Below are positions 26,810 to 32,000 of a DNA stretch of 32,000 bases, one piece after another. The position numbers were made by a program, and so were the translations under genes. Under the pieces are notes generated by a model, which saw nothing but the letters and a program-made list of their open reading frames with translations, did no database searches and was not told the origin of the DNA. The DNA lies in the NCBI RefSeq assembly GCF_900167395.1, contig NZ_FUWK01000032.1:1-32000 (forward strand). The letters are read 5' to 3'. Position 1 is the first letter of the stretch; each line of letters opens with the position of its first letter. The DNA comes from Nitrosomonas europaea. GTDB lineage: Bacteria > Pseudomonadota > Gammaproteobacteria > Burkholderiales > Nitrosomonadaceae.

Positions 26810-27982
26810 TTGGATATCCATGAATATCAGGCCAAGGAAATCCTGGCTGAATACGGTATCAAGCTGGCTGAAGGCGGATTGGCGCACACTGTGGAAGAAG
26901 CGGTACAACGCAGCCGGGAAATCGATGGCAATGTGTGGGTCGTCAAGGCACAAATCCATTCCGGCGCCCGTGGTAAAGCAGGCGGTGTCAAAGTATGCCG
27001 GACACATGAAGAAATCGAAGTCGCAGCTGAATCACTGCTGGGGAAAAAACTGGTCACACACCAAACCGGCCCGGCGGGTAAACTCTGCTCCAGACTGTAT
27101 ATCGAAGCCGGTACCGAAATTGCCCGGGAAGTGTATCTCGCTTTCATGATCGATCGCAGTCATGAACGTATCGTCATGGTGGGTTCCGCACAGGGGGGAA
27201 TGGATATCGAGACCCTGGCAGCCACGAATCCTGATGCCATCAAAAAAATTCACATCGAGCCTGCTGTCGGCCTGCAGGATTTCCAGGCAAGAACCATGGC
27301 TTTTGCACTGGGTCTGGAAGATGTTCTGCTCAATCACGCCGTCAAGACGATCAGAGGTTGCTACCGCGCCATGCGCGATCTGGATGCGAACATACTCGAA
27401 ATCAACCCGCTGGTTGTCACGCGCAACAACGAGCTGATCGCACTGGATGCGAAGATGAGCTTTGATGAAAATGCACTGTTCCGGCGCCACCGGATTTCCG
27501 AATTGCGTGACAACTCACAAATCGATTCGCGCGAAATTGCTGCAGCGGAAGCAGGCTTGAGCTACGTCGGGCTGGATGGAGACATCGGCTGCATGATCAA
27601 TGGCGCCGGGCTGGCAATGGCCACCATGGACATGATCAAACTGGCCGGCGGCGAACCGGCCAATTTTCTGGATGTCGGCGGCGGCGCATCTGCCGAGCGA
27701 ACTGAAAAAGCATTCCGGCTGGTACTGGCGGATAACAACGTAAAAGCCATGCTGGTCAATATCTTTGCCGGTATTAACCGCTGTGACTGGATTGCCGAAG
27801 GTGTGGTTCAGGCTGTACGGAATATCGGAATGACGGTCCCTCTGGTCGTGCGCCTGTCTGGCACCAACGTGGAAGAAGGCCGCCGTATCATCGCTGACAG
27901 CGGGTTGCCGATCATTACTGCAGAAACCCTGGCCGATGCAGCAGAGAAAGTAGTGCACGCTCGCAACCAGGCTGCAGTTTGA
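26810..27982 (+). CDS. mtkA: Malate--CoA ligase (malate thiokinase) beta subunit; SucC homologue
   Basis: 390 aa with a TTG start preceded by GGGAGA. It is SucC-like throughout, but carries [18 protein letters not shown] where E. coli SucC has VNIFGGIVRCDLIADGII; as I recall, that segment matches Methylobacterium MtkA. Adjacency to mcl supports the malate thiokinase call over succinyl-CoA synthetase. Confidence 0.75.
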
Positions 27983-28012
27983 ATAACACGAACAAAAAAG
28001 GGGAATAGAAAA

Positions 28013-28900
28013 GTGGCAATTCTCATCAATGAGCAGACGCGGATCATCGTACAGGGCTTTACCGGCCGGATCGGCACCTTCCATGCTCAGGAAATGATCG
28101 ATTACGGATCTAATGTAGTGGGAGGCGTAACGCCCGGCAAAGGCGGGCAGAAACACCTGGGGCTGCCAGTATTCAATACCGTCCGGGAAGCAGTCGAGCA
28201 GGCAGGTGCGGAAGCCAGCATTGTATTCGTCCCGCCGGCATTTGCGGCTGATTCGATTATGGAAGCAGCCGATGCCGGTATCAAATATTGCGTATCCATC
28301 ACCGATGGCATTCCAACCCAGGACATGATGACCGTCAAAAACTTCTTACGCCTCTTCCCTGAGGAGGACAGAATGATGCTGACCGGCCCCAACTGTTCAG
28401 GCACTATCAGCCCCGGACGGGCGATGTTGGGCATCATGCCGGGGCATATTTACAGCCGTGGGGTCGTTGGTGTCGTCGGCCGTTCCGGTACACTGGGTTA
28501 TGAAGCTGCCGACCAGATGCGACGGCTGAATATCGGGATTTCGACTTCGGTAGGTATTGGCGGAGACCCGATCATCGGCAGTTCGCACCGGAATGTGCTG
28601 CAAAAGCTGGAAGAAGATCCGGAAACCAAAGTCACGCTGATGATTGGTGAAATTGGTGGCCCAATGGAAGTAGAAGCCGGACTGTTCGCAAAGGAAAACA
28701 TGAGCAAACCGCTGGTTGCCTACATTGCCGGCCTGACTGCACCTCCCGGAAGACGGATGGGGCACGCCGGAGCAATCATCTCTTCAGCCGGTGAAAGCGC
28801 AGCAGAAAAAGTGGAAAGACTGAAAGAACTGGGCGTCACCATCTGCCCGACTCCGTCTCTGATGGGTGAAACCGTCGCAAAAGTTCTGGCCGGACTCTAA
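28013..28900 (+). CDS. mtkB: Malate--CoA ligase (malate thiokinase) alpha subunit; SucD homologue
   Basis: 295 aa with a GTG start. Has the CoA-binding GFTG-x-G, the phosphohistidine loop RRMGHAGAII, and MtkB-like segments SITDGIPTQDMM and FLRLFPEEDR (recalled MtkB: SITDGIPAQDMM, YLRRYPKE). Confidence 0.75.
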   Translation: MAILINEQTRIIVQGFTGRIGTFHAQEMIDYGSNVVGGVTPGKGGQKHLGLPVFNTVREAVEQAGAEASIVFVPPAFAADSIMEAADAGIKYCVSITDGIPTQDMMTVKNFLRLFPEEDRMMLTGPNCSGTISPGRAMLGIMPGHIYSRGVVGVVGRSGTLGYEAADQMRRLNIGISTSVGIGGDPIIGSSHRNVLQKLEEDPETKVTLMIGEIGGPMEVEAGLFAKENMSKPLVAYIAGLTAPPGRRMGHAGAIISSAGESAAEKVERLKELGVTICPTPSLMGETVAKVLAGL

Positions 28901-28997
28901 TCTGGACCGGATACCCTGCCCGGACAGCATTCTGTCTGAAGAAGCAAATTATTAGGCAGCCAATTTCGCCAGCTCACCGCATCCTGCGGGTTGGTAT

Positions 28998-29042
28998 CCA
29001 AAAGGGCACCCAACTTGACTTGATTACAGCCAGGTTGGGTGC
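28998..29042 (-). terminator. Possible intrinsic terminator of katG
   Basis: On the minus strand, GCACCCAAC (complement of 29034-29042) pairs with GTTGGGTGC (complement of 29006-29014) across a 19-nt loop, followed by CCTTTTGG. The large loop lowers confidence. Confidence 0.35.
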
Positions 29043-29056
29043 ATAGCGAAGTAAAA

Positions 29057-31285
29057 TCAGCGTGTGTCAAACCGATCCAGGTCCATCACCTTTGCCCATG
29101 CCTGAGCAAAGTCGTGTACGAATTTCTCTTTGGTATCGTCCGATGCATAAACTTCGGCAACCGCACGCAACTCGGAGTTGGAACCGAAGATCAGATCAAC
29201 GGGCGTAGCTATCCATTTAATCTGGCCGGTAGCGCGATCCCGCCCCTCGTAAAGACCCTCGGTTGCCGACCTTGCCCATTTAGTAGACATATCGAGCAGG
29301 TTCACAAAGAAGTCATTGGTCAAGGTACCGGGCCGGCTGGTGAATATCCCGTGTCGGGAATGACCAGCATTGGCATCCAGCGCCCGCATGCCGCCGACCA
29401 GCACCGTCATTTCAGGTACGCTCAAGGTCAGGAAGTTCGCACGCTCGACCAGCATTTCCGCAGGCGAATACGCATTACCCTTACCAAAATAATTGCGGAA
29501 GCCGTCGGCTTTAGGCTCCAACACCGCGAACGACTCGACGTCGGTTTGCGCTTGCGCGGCATCCATACGGCCCGGTTTGAAAGGTACCTGCACCTTGTAA
29601 CCGGCTTTCCTGGCAGCTTCTTCCACGGCCGCGGAACCACCCAGCACGATCACGTCAGCAAACGACACTTTCTTGCCGCCTTTCAGCGTACGATTGAAGT
29701 TGTTCCGGATGGATTCCAGACGAGTCAGCACCTTGGCCAGTTCGGCTGGATCATTGACTTCCCAATCCTTTTGTGGTGCCAGGCGAATGCGCGCGCCGTT
29801 GGCACCGCCGCGCATATCGGTACCGCGGAAGGTAGCAGCGGAAGCCCATGCCGTCCGGACCAGCTCAGGTATCGTCAAACCCGAGGCCAGGATCGCCGAC
29901 TTCAGCCTGGCGATATCCTGGGCGTCGATCAGCTTGTGATCAACTTTGGGGATAGGATCCTGCCAAATAAAGTCTTCCGCAGGTATCTCAGCACCGACGT
30001 AGCGGGCCTTGGGTCCCATGTCGCGATGGGTCAGCTTGAACCACGCCTTGGCAAACGCAATTCCGAATTCCTTGGGATTATCGAGAAAACGCTTGGAGAT
30101 TTTCTGGTACTCAGGGTCCACTTTCAAAGCGATATCGGTTGTAAACATGATCGGTGCATGGCGTTTAGTCGGATCGTGCGCGTCTGGAACGAAGTTGTCG
30201 CCTTTGCCGCCCTTCGGAATCCATTGCGTCGCACCGGCCGGACTCTTGGTTGTTTCCCATTCGAAAGCGTACAGCCAAGTTAAATAGTCATGCGTCCAGC
30301 GCGCCGGATTGGTCGACCACGCCCCTTCCAGACCACTGGTGACTGTATCGACGCCATAGCCGCTGCCACATTTATTGGCCCAACCCAAACCTTGCTCCTC
30401 GATACCAGCCGCGGCCGGTTCCTTGCCAACGCATTCTTCCGGCTTATGCGCCCCGTGCGCCTTGCCGAAGGTATGGCCACCGGCGATCAGAGCCACCGTC
30501 TCTTCGTCATTCATCGCCATACGGCCGAAGGATTCGCGGATATGCCTGGCAGCTGCCAACGGATCGGGGTTACCGCCCGGCCCTTCCGGGTTGACGTAGA
30601 TCAGCCCCATCTGCACGGCAGCCAGAGGCTTCGCCAGTTCACCTCTTTTATCATGGCGCTCATCGGCGAGAAATTCCTTTTCTGTTCCCCAGTTGACGAT
30701 CTCGGCTTCCCAATCATCCGGTCGCCCACCCGCAAAACCTATGGTTTTGAATCCCATATCCTCCAACGCCACATTGCCGGCCAGCACCATCAGATCAGCC
30801 CAGGAAAGCTTGCTGCCGTATTTCTATTTGATCGGCCATAACAAGCGCCGCGCTTTGTCCAGATTGACGTTATCCGGCCAACTGTTGAGCGGTTCGAAGC
30901 GTTGCTATCCGCCGGAAGCGCCACCACGTCCGTCGAAAATGCGGTACACGCCGGCACTATGCCAGGCCATGCGAATGAACAATGGTCCGTAGTTGCCGTA
31001 GTCCGCCGGCCACCAAGGCTGGGAAGTATGCAGCACGTTCGCGATATCCTCTTTCACCGCTTTGAGGTTGAGCGTTTTAAACTGTTCGGCATAGTTGAAC
31101 GCTTTGCCCAACGGGTTAGACTCAGCCGAATTCTGGCGCAACGGTCTCAGATCCAGTTGATCCGGCCACCAAAAACTGTTCATCGTCGGTTGCGGTTGCG
31201 ACTCGGCCTGGATCGGATTGACCGTCAACACGGTGGATATGGCAACTGCCATTGCAGAAACCAGAAATGTTTGTTTCATTTTCAT
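29057..31285 (-). pseudogene. katG: Catalase-peroxidase KatG with N-terminal signal peptide, interrupted by two in-frame TAG codons
   Basis: One continuous frame of 743 codons runs from the ATG at 31285 (AAGGAG Shine-Dalgarno at 31291-31296 on the complement; [30 protein letters not shown]).

Motifs present: distal heme motif [18 protein letters not shown], proximal [10 protein letters not shown], and the C-terminal NLLDM...DRFD.

My own translation across the ORF-track gap is [50 protein letters not shown]. The TAG codons lie at 30905-30907 and 30824-30826 (complement). There is no frameshift. Confidence 0.85.
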
Positions 31286-31577
31286 AAGTACTCCTTTACT
31301 CTTTGTTGGGAGGGTAATGTGAAAAAACATACCGGAGAATTTCGAGTTTAGACTCCTCCGGCGAAAAGAACCAGCGACTTGTCAACACCTGGCCCATCGC
31401 CGCGAATAAAGGGATAATGAACGATCAGAATGGCGCTGCCTTTTCGTTTTTCATGGGAACTCTCCCGGATGAGTAACAGACCTATGGATCAGGTGCACCC
31501 ATGCAGAGTACTAACGTGCCAAGCTCGGGAGCGCACCCTTGCGGTGTATCTCTTGGAGCAATAGGTTGGATGTCACT

Positions 31578-32000
31578 TCAGTAGATGGAAAGAAGAGTTG
31601 CATTACCTGCTCGTACCGTGTGCTCAAAGAAAGTTTGAAGTTCCTTGACCATACTCCATAGTTCTTCCAATTGCCGTTGCCGTTCAGTATGTTCGGAAGA
31701 AACTTTCCAATAGATCTCGGTCGCTTCAATCTCACTGGCGACATAAGCAGAGTCCAGCATCTTGAACGACTGAGTATCGAGAAATCCAGCGACAGCCCTG
31801 GAAAGCTCAGAGTCAAAGAGACGAATTGGCCCATAGCCTTGGTCAGGCCCGATCTCCTCGCCTCCTGATATGAGAAATCCGCCAGGCCATGGACTTTCTG
31901 CATTGGTGCCAGAAAACAGGAAATGCAGGATATGCCAAGCTTGATTGAGTTCAAATATGTCGCTTTCTGCGACAGGTTCGAACTGCTGCCCTGAAGAAGA
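31578..32000 (-). CDS. DUF1877 (YfbM-like) family protein, C-terminal part; 5-prime end lies beyond the right window edge
   Basis: The frame of the 60-aa ORF 31578-31760 stays open up to nt 32000. My translation is SSSGQQFEPVAESDIFELNQAWHILHFLFSGTNAESPWPGGFLISGGEEIGPDQGYGPIRLFDSELSRAVAGFLDTQSFKMLDSAYVASEIEATEIYWKVSSEHTERQRQLEELWSMVKELQTFFEHTVRAGNATLLSIY*. The W-x-LHF-L-G and EIY segments and the overall layout resemble E. coli YfbM as I recall it. The overlapping 147-aa ORF at 31511-31954 is in another frame and looks spurious. Confidence 0.5.
   Translation of the reverse strand, partial: SSSGQQFEPVAESDIFELNQAWHILHFLFSGTNAESPWPGGFLISGGEEIGPDQGYGPIRLFDSELSRAVAGFLDTQSFKMLDSAYVASEIEATEIYWKVSSEHTERQRQLEELWSMVKELQTFFEHTVRAGNATLLSIY

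Noticed and set aside
29039-30283. 414-aa ORF on the plus strand
   Set aside because: It lies entirely antisense to katG, whose frame carries unmistakable KatG motifs. The antisense translation is Arg/Gly/His-rich low-information sequence, typical of a shadow ORF opposite a GC-rich gene.
31413-31431. Fur/PerR-box-like GATAATGAACGATCAGAAT upstream of katG
   Set aside because: Only the first 8 nt match the GATAATGATAATCATTATC consensus and the second half-site is absent. That is not enough to call a binding site.
31511-31954. 147-aa minus-strand ORF from the track
   Set aside because: It overlaps, in a different frame, the reading frame that stays open to the window edge and resembles DUF1877/YfbM. 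Its own translation has no recognisable features.
1-32000. Genome-wide reassignment of TAG as the explanation for the katG in-frame stops
   Set aside because: TAG terminates at least three well-supported genes in this window at their expected C-termini (the ORFs ending at 1578, 3822 and 10589).
1-32000. CRISPR arrays, rRNA genes, integrases, and toxin-antitoxin or known defence-system genes
   Set aside because: I saw no regularly spaced direct repeats and no ORFs with the corresponding motifs on either strand. By-eye scanning cannot exclude short or degenerate elements.

Overview
The window looks like a proteobacterial chromosomal segment. The taxon cannot be fixed from sequence alone; the gene content resembles beta/gamma-proteobacterial methylotroph or nitrifier lineages, which is inference only. 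It has three blocks.

(1) 1-448: the right end of an IS5-family insertion sequence, with the transposase C-terminus cut by the window edge.

(2) 449-19321: an exopolysaccharide locus of the exosortase A (XrtA)/PEP-CTERM type. All genes but one are on the minus strand, and several stop/start codons overlap. Read 19321 down to 5801, the core genes are in the canonical order:
- export lipoprotein
- chain-length determinant
- BY tyrosine kinase
- beta-barrel protein
- ExeA-like ATPase
- polysaccharide deacetylase
- FemAB-like protein
- glycosyltransferase
- XrtA-EpsI fusion
- glycosyltransferase
- Asn-synthetase-like amidotransferase

The operon then continues into a visibly more AT-rich, non-canonical tail (449-5752). 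This tail encodes a NodB-like hydrolase, a FemAB-like GNAT and three ATP-grasp ligases; the last ligase is convergent and abuts the IS remnant. This amide-ligase-rich tail is my best candidate for an undescribed system: amino-acid or peptide decoration of the polysaccharide, possibly the acceptor for exosortase. That is a hypothesis, not a demonstrated function.

(3) 19322-32000:
- an 827-nt gene-poor region with small ORFs, a C7 tract and an 11-mer direct repeat
- housekeeping genes ettA, rhlE, radA and tRNA-Ser(CGA)
- an mcl-mtkA-mtkB cluster (malyl-CoA lyase plus malate thiokinase)
- a signal-peptide-bearing katG interrupted only by two in-frame TAG codons, 81 nt apart, at positions where E. 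coli KatG (recalled from memory) has Gln
- the 3-prime part of a DUF1877/YfbM-like gene, cut by the right edge

I recognised no CRISPR array, rRNA, integrase or obvious defence genes. All family assignments come from motif and sequence recognition by eye and need HMM/BLAST confirmation.
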